Below, in pieces: positions 1-12,589 of a DNA stretch of 64,000 nt. Origin of the DNA: Haliotis rubra (taxonomy: Eukaryota); assembly GCF_003918875.1 (NCBI RefSeq), contig NW_025765803.1, positions 620,001 to 684,000 on the forward strand. The letters are read 5' to 3'. Under the pieces are notes generated by a model that had not been told where the DNA came from, did not search any database, and saw nothing but the letters and a program-made list of their open reading frames with translations. Positions within the stretch are counted from its first letter, which is position 1. Each line of letters starts with the position of its first letter. A program made the translations under genes and the position numbers.

Positions 1-2699
1 TGGGGAGCTCAAGTTCGCTGACTTGGTTGGCACGTCATCGTATCCAAGTTGCGTAGATTGATGCTCATTCTGTTGATCACTGGATTGTCTGGTCCAGATT
101 CGATTATTTACAGACTGCCGCCATATAGCTGGAATATTGCAGAGGGCGGCGAAAACTAAACTTACTCACTCACTCAATTCTCGCATTTATGTTCATGATT
201 TAGTTATTTCAAGTTGACAGTGTTGTACGTTGCTGTCATCTTGGTTACATCAGGGCTACATCTGGGTTACATCTGGATATATTCTTCATCGTGTTTTTAA
301 TCACCGGATTGCCTGGTCCAGACTCGATTATTTACAGACAGCCACCATATAGCTGGAATATTGCTGAGTGCGGCGTTAAACAACAAACCAACCAACGTTT
401 GACCTCACATCGGCTAACAAACGTTAACAAAACAGTTTTTTGCAAGTCATTTCTCCGTTAATCCTGACACTAGTTCAACTGAACGTCCGCATTAAAGAGG
501 GTCGAGTGTTGCCACATGGAAAGAACAGTAATAATGTGTAAGTTTCAAAGTCGGATACACAACGCTCTGGAAGGACGTCAAGACGATAAAGCAGGATCTC
601 GACATCTGTCAAAATCTGTTACGATGTTTTGAAATATGTCCTGACGTTCTAGAAAACGAAAAGTCTTTTTGTGTAGACCTGTTTTGATAACGTGTAATAG
701 AACAAGAATCCTTAACTAGCAATCACGAAACTCGGTGTTTTTGAGTTAGGATTCCGAAGTCCAATAAAGTATCAGGTGGTGTTTTTCAGGCTATCATCTT
801 CTTTTTTTTTGATTCTTGTTGCTTTGTTTTGCTTTTTTGCTTATTGAGGGGTTTTGGGGGTTGTTTTTTTGTTTGTTGGGTTTTTTGGGGGGAGGGGGGA
901 GGCTTTTCTTAGTTTGTTTGTTTTGTTTTTGTTTTGTTTTTTGCCCTATTTGCTATTGCTATATGACAAGGATAACCATTACATACGTTGACAGCAATAT
1001 TCCTCAGGCTGCAGTAAGCGATGTCGGTAGGATTGTCAGCTAACGGTAAGCATTTAAACGGGGTTTTTTTATTTACCCTTTGTGTAACATTAAGTATAAA
1101 GTCAGGATCTTTTTAATAAAAAACATCTGTTCTATTTTTCAGCTCAAGATGGGACTCCTTATTGTACTAGCACTATCGGTTTTCTCCTTACATACCGCCA
1201 AGGCAGCAAAATGCGCATGCGCAAATACGTCAGTGCATGTCCGGTCAGGACCCGGAACCACCCATGGTATTCTGGGAACTGTCAATGTAGGGCGTTGTTT
1301 GCCTTTCAAAGGAGACGAAAGTAAATCTGGTGTATATGAATGGGCCCACGTGGACAGGGAAGGTACGTCTGAAATGAGTGAAGTGAAGCAGTTATTCGCC
1401 ACCTTCAACATGTCAGTTCGGTAGCCTGGCGGTTAAAGCGTCCGCTCTTCACGACCAGGATCTGCGTCGATTTCACATATGAAAAAAGGCCATTTCTTGT
1501 GTGTCCCGTTTAAATATCACTTAAACGGCATATAACCATACCCCTCACTCTTATCCGTTATTTTCATTGATTAATCAACTTCTAAGTAATAATAAGGTAT
1601 TGAATTGTCTCACAAAAATAACAAATGTATGCCTTTATCTTGCACTCATATTTTTTTATTGGAGTGAGTGAGTGAGTTAAAATTTAAAGTCACATCGGCA
1701 ATATCTCAGCCATATCGTGACTAAAACTAGTTCTAAATCCAAAATACATACAAATATTTTATAAAACCCTGTCAACGAAGGACAGTAAAATAACTAGATT
1801 ATCACAAAATGAATTAAAACTAGCTAGCTTATATCTTTAAAAGTAGAAAACTATTTTTGGACAATACAATGTAAAAATGGGCTAGTAATCGCCAACAACT
1901 GAAGGTAGATCACCATACTAGGGACCATGGGGACTTACAGTGCCTTTATTACCTGCATGGACCCTAGCTGGATTTACACCATCCCTTCAGCCATTGGCGT
2001 TTATGCTGAGATTTAGCCATACATTAAAATGACAAAAATACTACGATTAAAAACCTGGTAGACTTAAATTTACTTGAAATGTTTTGGGACTTACGTATCC
2101 TCTCAGGAGGACAATATTTTTACGCTACGTCAACCCCCTTCGAAGGTACAGCCACTCACAAATTCAGTTTCCTTTTTTTATAGGATGGTTGGATTGCTGA
2201 GAATTACGTTATAATCAAGGAATGTCCTGCAAGCAAAGGTTTGATGAAGCAGTTTATGTTTGTTTTCATCAACATAATATCACCTTAACTTATGAATGCT
2301 CACGTCCAACATGAAGCAGGAGATTCTGTGGAGGTTGACGTGGTTAACGTCGGCCGATTGTAGGTAGTCACCGACGCTCATTTCACGAACGCCTAGAGAG
2401 TAATTGCGTGTAATATTAACAATTACAGTGTTACATGTTAAAATGTTCAATAAATTTGTTGGACTGATAACTTGTGCAAAAATATAATATAGTGACGTAT
2501 TATTTATGGTACTTAAGGTCTTACAGCCTTTAGGTATGAATATCTTTTAGAAATAAGACAACATCCCATGTCGTCTTGCTATATGACAATGAATCTGGGC
2601 ATCCCATGCATTTAGCCGCTCCAACAACTTGCCTCTCGATCTGCTGTCACTCGTCACCACTCACCCAATTTTCCCGGAATAACTCGAGTTGGATTAGAT

Positions 2700-2900
2700 G
2701 TATCCGCGAGTACGGAAAGGGACGGAAAAGGACGAATGTCTGTATCCGCAAATACGGAAAGGGACTGATAAGGACGAATTTCTGTATCAGCGAATGCGGA
2801 AAGGGACGAATGTCTGTATGTGCAATTACGCAAAGGGACGCAAAAGGACGAATTTCTGTAATCCGCGAATACGTAAACGGACTGAAAGGGACGAATTTGG
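2700..2900. repeat. Degenerate about 42-bp tandem repeat (one unit fewer in copy 2, 9600-9760)
   Basis: GCGAATACGGAAAGGGACGGAAAAGGACGAATTTCTGTATCC-like units. Confidence 0.7.
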
Positions 2901-3000
2901 CCGAAAGGTTTACATAACGCATAACAATAATTCACCATAAATTGAAAAAGGTTCCAAGATAAACATCATTTTAGGATTTACTTCCACGTGTAGTGGCCAG

Positions 3001-3108
3001 GGCCTAGATTTTCGAAGCTCTCTTAGTGCTGAGATCGTCGTAAGTGCCATACACTAACAGTAACTTACGACTATCTTAGCGCTAAGAGAACTTCGAAAAT
3101 CTAGGACC
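3001..3108. mobile_element. Short palindromic MITE (second copy at about 9858-9964)
   Basis: GGCCTAGATTTTCGAAG..CTTCGAAAATCTAGG(A/C)CC is almost fully self-complementary. The copy-2 version is flanked by CAG on both sides (3-bp TSD, Harbinger-like). Confidence 0.75.
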
Positions 3109-3853
3109 AGGCATAGATTGACTGAAATGTTGGTTAACGTTGAATGAAAAAACAACAACTTAAGCACACAGTCGCGTTTTACAAAATCAACTATTTTGAT
3201 ACAATTTTCCCAAACATTGTACATTGTCTTGAAGTTGCAGAGGTCACTGTTGCAGGAACCAGCACTAATGACGGTTGTCCCACCATCGTAACGAGATCTC
3301 AGTAGGGAGCAAGAGCACCGACATCCAGAAGTCTTCTACACGGCGCGGTCAAGTATGCTTTCATCCATCATGGCGCTAGTGCCGCGTGTCACACAGAGAC
3401 TGAGTGTGCCGCCATTGTCAGAGGGTACCAGCGATACCACATGGACGGACATCGTACGTTGTTGATCTGTGTTAGAAGCAAGCTGATACAGAATCATTAA
3501 AAATTGTCCTCCACATGCTATTGCCCGGTGGAAAGAAGGGACGCTAGCGCCAGTTATTGGTCACAGCGGAAGAGTGATATATAGGAACCTAAATCTCGTA
3601 AAAATACGTGCACCCTGCTATCGACAGTCCGGGCAAATGTCTTACATGTGACTTCCTGCAGAGTATTCACACGTTACAACTTAGATTGTTGTACGGGTGA
3701 TGATATTTTGTAATACTACTGTGAATAAAAGTACACCACACATTGTACAAGGGCCCAGTTTAGCAACTTTAATTATGAATGAGTCAATGATCAATGGTCT
3801 TTCTAATTCATATTAATGGCATGTTTACCTATCAACTCTTCTGCGGGCATTTA

Positions 3854-4180
3854 GGGACAGTTCATAATATATGGCTAGGTGGGGGTGATGATGATTTTAA
3901 GGGGGGTTACCCATTTTGTTCTGGGGAGCTGGACGGGGGCATTAATTTTGTACACATGTACTAGGGGGCAGCAATTTTGCACATAAAAATATGTTTAAAC
4001 TTATGCTTGGAAATTATGGTGAGGGAGGGGGTATTTATTTTGTACATGACATACGGGGATCACTTATTTTGTACATAACTTTTAGGGGGTCATTCACATT
4101 GTCCCTGTTTCTCCATAAAAATCATCATTCCCCCCTCCCTCCCCACTACCCCACCCAAGCCATACATTATGAACGGTCCC
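3854..4180. mobile_element. PIF/Harbinger-type MITE with TTA TSD
   Basis: TTA|GGGACAGTTCATAATATATGGCT ... AGCCATACATTATGAACGGTCCC|TTA. Confidence 0.8.
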
Positions 4181-4799
4181 TTACGAAGACGGTGACAAGT
4201 GCAAGGGCAGTTAATTCATAGTCTCATAGAAGTGATGTCCCTTAAATTCCAATTTCAGCAGGTAAAGCAGCCTAGTCCAACATTTCCGGTAGCATGTGAT
4301 TTGTCAATTGCATCATTATGTTTACAGTTTCACACATTTATATTTCTTTCCTGGATGCAGTATTTGGAACAAAAAATGTCGAACTCTCTTTTTCAAATCG
4401 AATATTTTTCATAATCACTAAATGTCATGTGTCTTTCTCTCAGACTGGAACGACATTGGCTACAGTTTTGTCATCGGCGAAGACGGCAACGCCTACGAAG
4501 GTCGTGGCTGGGACGCAATGGGTGCTCACACTCAAGGCTACAACTCAGTGGGCCTTGGTAAGACTGATTAGTGAACCCCTGTTAATCCGGACAATACCGA
4601 CCAAGTGAGATCGCCCAGAATAACGAATCGTGGAAAATGAGTAGTGTCACTTTATTTGGTTTAATTACATGCAAGCATTCCCAGCATTCCTCGCCCAAGA
4701 GTTGTATTTACAGTTTAACAGGATCCGGACTAAAAAGGTTTCACTGTACCGTCCTTTCAGGCGTGAAGAATGTCTGATGCCTCGCCACCTTCTATGTTA

Positions 4800-5290
4800 C
4801 GGTTATGTTACCAACAGACACAGCCGTACTGTTACCAACACATAACATTATATTCATACCAAGAGACAGAGACAGTTGTAGTGTTACCAAAACATGGCAC
4901 TGTACTCTTACCAACAAAGCTGCACTGTTATTAACGCATACCGTTGTACCGTTACAAATACAAACCACAGACACAGTTGTACTGTTATCAACGCATACCA
5001 TTGTACTGTTAACCACAGACACAGTTGTACTGTTACTAATACAAACCACAGACACAGTTGTACTGTTATCAACGCATACCACTGTACTCTTAACCACAGA
5101 CACAGTTGTACTGTTATCAACGCACACCACTGTACTCTTAACCACAGACACATTTGTACTGTTACCAACGCACACCACTGTACTCTTAACCACAGACACA
5201 TTTGTACTGTTATCAACGCATACCATTGTACTCTTAACCACACACACAGTTGTACTCTTACCAACACAAACCATTGTACTGTTACATATG
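4800..5290. repeat. About 48-bp (2 x about 24) minisatellite in intron 4 of copy 1; shorter allele at about 10975-11372 in copy 2
   Basis: CACAGACACAGTTGTACTGTTATCAACGCATACCACTGTACTCTTAAC units. Confidence 0.9.
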
Positions 5291-5307
5291 TCACTCGCTG
5301 ACCACCC

Positions 5308-5357
5308 GCCGCCATATAGCTGGAATATTGCTGAGTGCGGCGTAAAACTCAACTCAC
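5308..5357 (+). mobile_element. 50-bp 5'-truncated SINE tail insertion specific to copy 1
   Basis: 17-bp TSD TCACTCGCTGACCACCC (5291-5307 / 5358-5374). The empty site is visible in copy 2 at about 11373-11389. Confidence 0.9.
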
Positions 5358-6589
5358 TCACTCGCTGACCACCCCCTACTTTTCGCCAGGTTTCTGTATG
5401 ATCGGCAACTTCATGGAGCGTCTCCCTAACGCCAAGGCCCTGGACACGGTCCAGAAGTTGATAGCCTGTGGGGTGGCTAAAGGCAAGATCCAGTCCAACT
5501 ATATTCTTAGGGGACACCGAGACATGGGCAGCACAGCATGTCCAGGGACCAAACTGTATGCCCTCATCAAGACGTGGCCTCATTACTAACAATGAACAAA
5601 CTGGCTAAATCACGCTATTTGTGAATAAACTGTTTCTGCAAAGCGTTCTGTTCGACGACATTCGATTATGCGTGTGTGCAATGCATGCATTGAGAGGGAG
5701 TTTCTTTGAGTGCTTGAATGAGTGAGCCAGCGGTCGGGTGAGTGAGTGTCAAGATGAAGATTTAAGATGAGATAAAAAATATTAAGATGTCATAATCCGA
5801 GACAGGGGAAAGTGTGACGAGGTAAAACATTGAAGATGGGAAAATGCAAACGTGTCACATGATAATGCAAAGATTCATATTTTGAAGATGAGACAATGTA
5901 AAAATGGCATATTTGGAACATGGGGAAAAGTAAAGATGTTAGAGATTGAAAATGTGAATTTGTCATTATATCAAGATGGGAAACTGTGAAGCTGTCATAT
6001 TAGGAAAAGTCAAGATGTCTTAGTTTGAACAAGCTAAAAAGGAAATATGTCATTATTTCAAGGGGGAAAAGTGTGAATGTATCACAATTTGAGAATTTTA
6101 AGATATCAGTACTAAAGATGAGAAAGTTATGAAATTATGGACCTCTCACTCCATTTACACCATTGGTTTGCTTAGCCCAGATTCGACCATTTACAGTTCG
6201 CCATCAGGTGGCAATGCTGGGTCGGTATTGTGGCGGTGTTGTAAATGTGCTCCCTCGTCACGCCTAGCATCTAGGTTCGAATTCTTGCTCTTGTACAAAA
6301 TGTTCAGGTGTTCTATACCTTGATTATCAAAGCAAATATTTCTCAAATTGGCTTCACTCAGTCCATTCAACGAACGCTCTCACTATCTGACTCTGTTCGG
6401 TAAAAATAGGTTATCTTGTTCTGCTTATTTCCAGACTAGGTCATTTTTCTGTGTGTTTCTGCTACTGGTCCAGCTCTCAAGGCAAGTAAAACTTATACGC
6501 CGACTAAATTTATAAGTTGATCAAACTGAAATGAGAAGGCCATGTGTTGAGCTGTAACGTTGCTATCCCAAGGTATACTAATTGTTATT

Positions 6590-8101
6590 CACAAAACAAT
6601 AAACCAATCGAGGATTGGTTTTCCCACTTCAAGGAATTGTTTTCAACCTCTACAGGGAATGAGGAGAGTTTTTGTGCTACCTATTAATTGAATGAATTCG
6701 ATAAGTCGTTTTGCCAGTTAACTTCAGAGATTCTTGATTCACCTATAACAAGAAATGAAATTTCAGAAAGTATTGCAAATTTAAAATGTAATAAATCTGC
6801 CGGTGAAGATAACTTGATTCCTGAATTCTTTAAATATTCATCCGACATTATCCTCCCCTGCCTTGAAATCCTCTTTAATGTTATTCTTGAAAAGTCTTTC
6901 TTTCCCGAACAGTGGGCTTTGGGGATTGTGATTCCCTTGCACAAACAGGGATCAACTAATGACACCAACAATTATAGGGGTATAACTCTTTTGAGTGTTT
7001 TCAGTAAGATTTTTACCAGTATTATACATAGATGTTTAGTATTTTGGGCCAATCCCTTTGATAAGATAGAGGAAACACAAGCCGGTTTCAGGCACGGGTA
7101 CTCTACAACTGATAATGTCTTTATTTTGCAGACACTTGTGCAGAAATATGTAGCCCGAAAGGGGGAAAAAATGTATGCCATATTTGTAGATTTTGCTAAA
7201 GCGTTTGACCCCGTTAAGAGAAACATGCTGTGGTCCCATTGTAAACCTCAAGGTATCAGTACTAAAATTGGTAAATTATTAAACTGCATTTACCACAACG
7301 TAAAGGCTTGTGTTCGAAACAATAACAACCTATCTGATTTCTTCTGGTGTAACATTGGGGCAAGACAAGGATGCATTTCTAAGTCCTTTTCTGTTTTCGT
7401 TCTTCATCAACGAACCATCGCTACAAATATATGAAAACTGTAACAAGGGCATCCAATTGCCTCCAGAAACTATGAAACTTTTTCTGCTTCTTTTTGCTGA
7501 TGATATTGTATGTTCGCGAGCACAGTACCTAGACTTCAAAAGCTAATAAATCAACTTGAGTACTACTGTAAACAATGGAAACTGAATGCCAATATCGATA
7601 AGACAAAGGTCATAGTTTTCAAAATGGAGGAAATTATCAAAACGTGAAAAATGGTTTTATAAAGGTAAAAGATTGGAGGTCGTAAGAAGTTACAAATACT
7701 TGGGTGTACTTTTACAAATCGAGTATCTTGGTCATTGCACTGCAACAAAGCCGCACTACAGGCTAAAAAAATTAATAGGCATTTTAAGAACCATAACGCC
7801 GCTTCCAAATATTAGCTTTGACACCTTTTTCAAAACCTTTGACACTAAGATTAGTCCTATTCTACTCTATGGTGCAGAAGTATAGGGGCCAAGAAATCTA
7901 TGACATACTAGAGAAGGTACATCTATATGCGTGCAAAAGATTTTTAGGAGTAAACTCCAACACCCCAAATGTTACAGTTTATGAGGAATGTGGGATATAC
8001 CTTATGTATATATTTAGTTACATAAAAGTAATAAAATATTGGATAAGATTGTATAAAATCCCAAGCACCAGATTCCCCAAAAAATGTTACAACATGATGA
8101 T
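6590..8101 (+). mobile_element. Non-LTR retrotransposon (LINE, RTE-X/CR1-like) RT fragment, truncated at the duplication junction
   Basis: ORF 6688-7434 has KSAGED, NNYRGITLLS, QAGFRHGYST, FVDFAKAFD, RQGC; then LLFADD in a shifted frame. Confidence 0.9.
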
Positions 8102-9083
8102 ACTGCACACATGACAGTATTCATCAAATACAAAGACAAATATATGCTTTAGCACCCATAATACACCTCTAATGCACTGTTGCAAATGTAAGTATATGCA
8201 TGAGAATACATGAAAAAAATCAAATCTTACCTTTGCAATGAAAATACGCGAAATCGATGACTGAAGTCAACACACGTTTTTGCCGGCTTCCGGATAGGCT
8301 GCGCAGTACAAGCCATAGCGCTGATGGTTTTGTGCACTGGCTAGAGGGCCGTCCCTCTATTATACGGTCTCTGATTTCACATATGAAAAAAGGCCATTTC
8401 TTGTGTGTCCCGTTTAAATATCACTTAAACGGCATATAACCATACCCCTCACTCTTATCCGTTATTTTCATTGATTAATCAACTTCTAAGTTATAATAAG
8501 GTATTGAATTGTCTCACAAAAATAACAAATGTATGCCTTTATCTTGCACTCATATTTTTTTATTGGAGTGAGTGAGTGAGTTAAAATTTAAAGTCACATC
8601 GGCAATATCTCAGCCATATCGTGACTAAAACTAGTTCTAAATCCAAAATACATATAATATATAAAACCCTGTCAACGAAGGACAGTAAAATAACTAGATT
8701 ATCACAAAATGAATTAAAACTAGCTAGCTTATATCTTTAAAAGTAGAAAACTATTTTTGGACAATACAATGTAAAAATGGGCTAGTAATCGCCAACAACT
8801 GAAGGTAGATCACCATACTAGTGACCATGGGGACTTACAGTGCCTTTATTACCTGCATGGACCCTAGCTGGATTTACACCATCCCTTCAGCCATTGGCGT
8901 TTATGCTGAGATTTAGCCATACATTAAAATGACAAAAATACTACGATTAAAAACCTGGTAGACTTAAATTTACTTGAAATGTTTTGGGACTTATGTACCC
9001 TCTCAGGAGGACAATATTTTTACGCTACGTCAACCCCCTTCGAAGGTACAGCCACTCACAAATTCAGTTTCCTTTTTTTATAG

Positions 9084-11604
9084 GATGGTTGGATTGCTGA
9101 GAATTACGTTATAATCAAGGAATGTCCTGCAAGCACAGGTTTGATGAAGCAGTTTATGTATGTTTTCATCAACATGATATCACCTTAACTTATGAATGCT
9201 CACGTCCAACATGAAGCAGGAGATTCTGTGGAGGTTGACGTGGTTCACGTCGGCCGATTGTAGGTAGTCACCGACGCTCATTTCACGAACGCCTAGAGAG
9301 TAATTGCGTGTAATATTAACAATTACAGTGTTACCTGTTAAAATGTTCAATAAATTTGTTGGACTGATAACTTGTGCAAAAATATAATATAGTGACGTAT
9401 TATATATGGTACTTAAGGTCTTACAGCCTTTGGGTATGAATATCTTTTAGAAATGAGACAACATCCCATGCCGTCTTGCTATATGACAATGGATCTGGGC
9501 ATCCCATGCATTTAGCCGCTCCAACAACTTGCCTCTCGATCTGCTGTCACTCGTCACCACTCACCCAATTTTCCCGGAATAACTCGAGTTGGATTAGATG
9601 TATCCGCGAGTACGGAAAGGGACGGAAAAGGACGAATGTCTGTATCCGCAAATACGGAAAGGGACGGAAAAGGACGAATTTCTGTATCAGTGAATGCGGA
9701 AAGGGACGAATGTCTGTATGCGCAATTACGCAAAGGGACGGAAAAGGACGAATTTGGCCGAAAGGTTTACTTAACGCATAACAATAATTCACCATAAATT
9801 GAAAAAGGTTCCAAGATAAACATCATTTTAGGATTTACTTCCACGTGTAGTGGCCAGGGCCTAGATTTTCGAAGCTCTCTTAGTGCTGAGATCGTCGTAA
9901 GTGCCATACATTAACAGTAACTTACGACTATCTTAGCGCTAAGAGAACTTCGAAAATCTAGGCCCAGGCACAGATTGACTGAAAAGTTGGTTAACGTTGA
10001 ATGAAAAAAAAACCAACTTAAGCACACAGTCTCGTTTTACATAATTAACTATTTTGATACAATTTTCCCAAACATTGTACATTGTCATGAAGTTGCAGAG
10101 GTCACTGTTGCAGGAACCAGCACTAATGACGGTTGTCCCAACATCGTAACGAGATCTCAGTGGGGAGCAACAGCACCGACATCCAGAAGTTTTCTACACG
10201 GCGCGGTCAAGTATGCTTTCATCCATCATGGCGCTAGTGCCGCGTGTCACACAGAGACTGAGTGTGCCGCCATTGTCAGAGGGTACCAGCGATACCACAT
10301 GGACGGACATCGTACGTTGTTTATCTGTTAGAAGCAAGCTGAAAGGGACTTTCAATTTTGTACATAAAAATATGTTTAAAATTATGTTTAGAAATTATGG
10401 TAAGGGGAGGGGGGTCATTTATTTTGTACATGACATACGGGGGGTCACTTATTTTGTACATAAGTTTTAGGGGGGTCATTCACATTGTCCCTGCTTCTCC
10501 ATAAAAAATATCATCACCCAACCCCCACCCCCACTCCCCCAATATTTGGAACAAAACTTTCGACAACTTGCTTTTCAAATGGAATATTATTTTCATAATC
10601 ACTAAATGTCATGTGTCTTTCTCACAGACTGGAACGACATTGGCTACAGTTTTGTCATCGGCGAAGACGGCAACGCCTACGAAGGTCGTGGCTGGGACGC
10701 AGTGGGTGCTCACACTCAAGGCTACAACTCAGTGGGTCTTGGTAAGACTGATTAGTGAACCCCTGTTAATCCGGACACTACCGACCAAGTGAGATCGCCC
10801 AGAATAACACTTAAAAGGAGTAGTGTCACTTTGGTTTAATTACATGCAAGCATTCCCAGCATTCCTCGCCCAAGAGTTGTATTTACAGTTAAACAGGATC
10901 CGGACTAAAAAGGTTTCACTGTACCGTCCTTTCAGGCGTGAAGAATGTCTGATGCCTCGCCACCTTCTATGTTACGGTTATGTTACCAACAGACACAGCT
11001 GTACTGTTACCAACACATAACATTATATTCATACCAAGAGACAAAGACAGTTGTACTGTTACCAACACATAACATTATATTCATACCAAGAGACAGAGAC
11101 AGAGACACAGTTGTAGTGTTACCAAAACATGCCACTGTACTCTTACCAACAAAGCTGTACTGTTATCAACGCATACCATTGTACTGTTAACCACAGACAC
11201 AGTTGTACTGTTACCAATACAAACCACAGACACAGTTGTACTGTTATCAACGCATACCACTGTACTCTTAACCACAGACACAGTTGTACTGTTATCAACA
11301 CATACCATCGTACTCTTAACCACAGACACAGCTGTACTCTTATCAACGCATACCATTGTATTGTTACATATGTCACTCGCTGACCACCCCCTACTTTTCC
11401 CCAGGTTTCTGTGTGATCGGCAACTATATGGAACGCCTCCCCAACTCCAAGGCCCTGGACACGGTCCAGAAGTTGATAGCCTGTGGGGTGGCTAAAGGAA
11501 AGATCCAGACCAACTATATTCTCAGGGGACACCGAGACATGGGCAGCACAGCATGTCCAGGGACCAAACTGTATGCCCTCATCAAGACGTGGCCTCATTA
11601 CTAA
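9084..11604 (+). pseudogene. SH3b-PGRP copy 2, tandem duplicate with intact exons 2-5 but no exon 1
   Basis: Exons 9084-9138, 10114-10311, 10628-10741 and 11405-11604 are open and the same lengths as copy 1 (55/198/114/200). The duplicated block starts at 8373 (=1469), downstream of exon 1, so there is no ATG/signal-peptide exon. AATAAA at 11643. Confidence 0.8.
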
Positions 11605-12589
11605 CAATGAACAAACTGGGAGGCTAAATCACGCTATTTGTGAATAAACTTTTTCTGCAAAGCGTTCTGTTCGACGACATTCGATTATGCGTGTGGCAAT
11701 ACATGCATTGAGAGGGAGTTTCTTTGAGTGCTTGAATGAGTGAGCCATCGGTCGGGTGAATGAGTGTCAAGATGAAGATTTAAGATGAGAGAAAATATTA
11801 AGATGTCATAATCCGAGACAGGGGAAAGTGTGACGATGTAGAACATTGAAGATGGGAAAATGCAAACGTGTCACATGATAATGCAAAGATTCATATTTTG
11901 AAGATGTAAAAATGGCATATTTGGAACATGGGGGAAAAGTAAAGATGTTAGAGATTGAAAATGTGAATTTGTCATTATATCAAGATGGGAAACTGTGAAG
12001 CTGTCATATTAGGAAAAGTCAAGATGTCATAGTTTGAACAAGCTAAAAAGGAAATATGTCATTATTTCAAGGGGGAAAAGTGTGAATGTATCACAATTTG
12101 AGAATTTTAAGATATCAGTATTAAAGATGAGAAAGTTATGAAATTATGGACCTCGCACTCCATTTACCATTGGTTTGCTTAGCCCAGATTCGACCATTTA
12201 CAGTTCGCCATCAGGTGGCAATGCTGGGTCGGTATTGTGGCGGTGTTGTAAATGTGCTCCCTCGTCACGCCTAGCATCTAGGTTCGAATTCTTGCTCTTG
12301 TACAAAATGTTCAGGTGTTCTATACCTTGATTATCAATGCAAATATTTCTCAAATTGGCTTCACTCAGTCCATTCAACGAACACTCTCACTATCTGACTC
12401 TGTTCGGTAAAAATAGGTTATCTTGTTCTGCTTATTTCCAGACTAGGTCATTTTTCTGTGTGTTTCTGCTCCTGGTCCAGCTCTCAAGGCAAGTAAAACT
12501 TATACGCCGACTTAATTTATAAGTCGATCAAACTGAAATGAGAAGGCCATGTGTTGAGCTGTAACGTTGCTATCCCAAGGTATACTAAT

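Larger units (their letters stand above)
1149..5589 (+). pseudogene. SH3b-PGRP copy 1 (peptidoglycan recognition protein / Zn-amidase), disabled
   Basis: GT-AG exons: 1149-1362 (signal peptide, [17 protein letters not shown]3b), 2184-2238 (DGWIAENYV), 3256-3453 (CPTIV..YAFIHHG), 4444-4557 ([17 protein letters not shown]), 5390-5589 (GHRDMGSTACPG). In-frame TAG at 3303-3305 where paralogues have TGG. Exon 1 ends in phase 1 (GAC-A-GGGAAG vs GAC-TATGAT-GGGAAG in copy 3, a 5-nt deletion) while exon 2 needs phase 0. AATAAA at 5624. Confidence 0.88.

Noticed and set aside
1149-1362. Bacterial contamination as the source of SH3b/amidase sequences
   Set aside because: The domains are split by conserved GT-AG introns and embedded among metazoan SINEs and LINEs.
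4792-5368. Thr/Val/Cys-rich ORFs in several frames
   Set aside because: By-product of the 48-bp intronic repeat.
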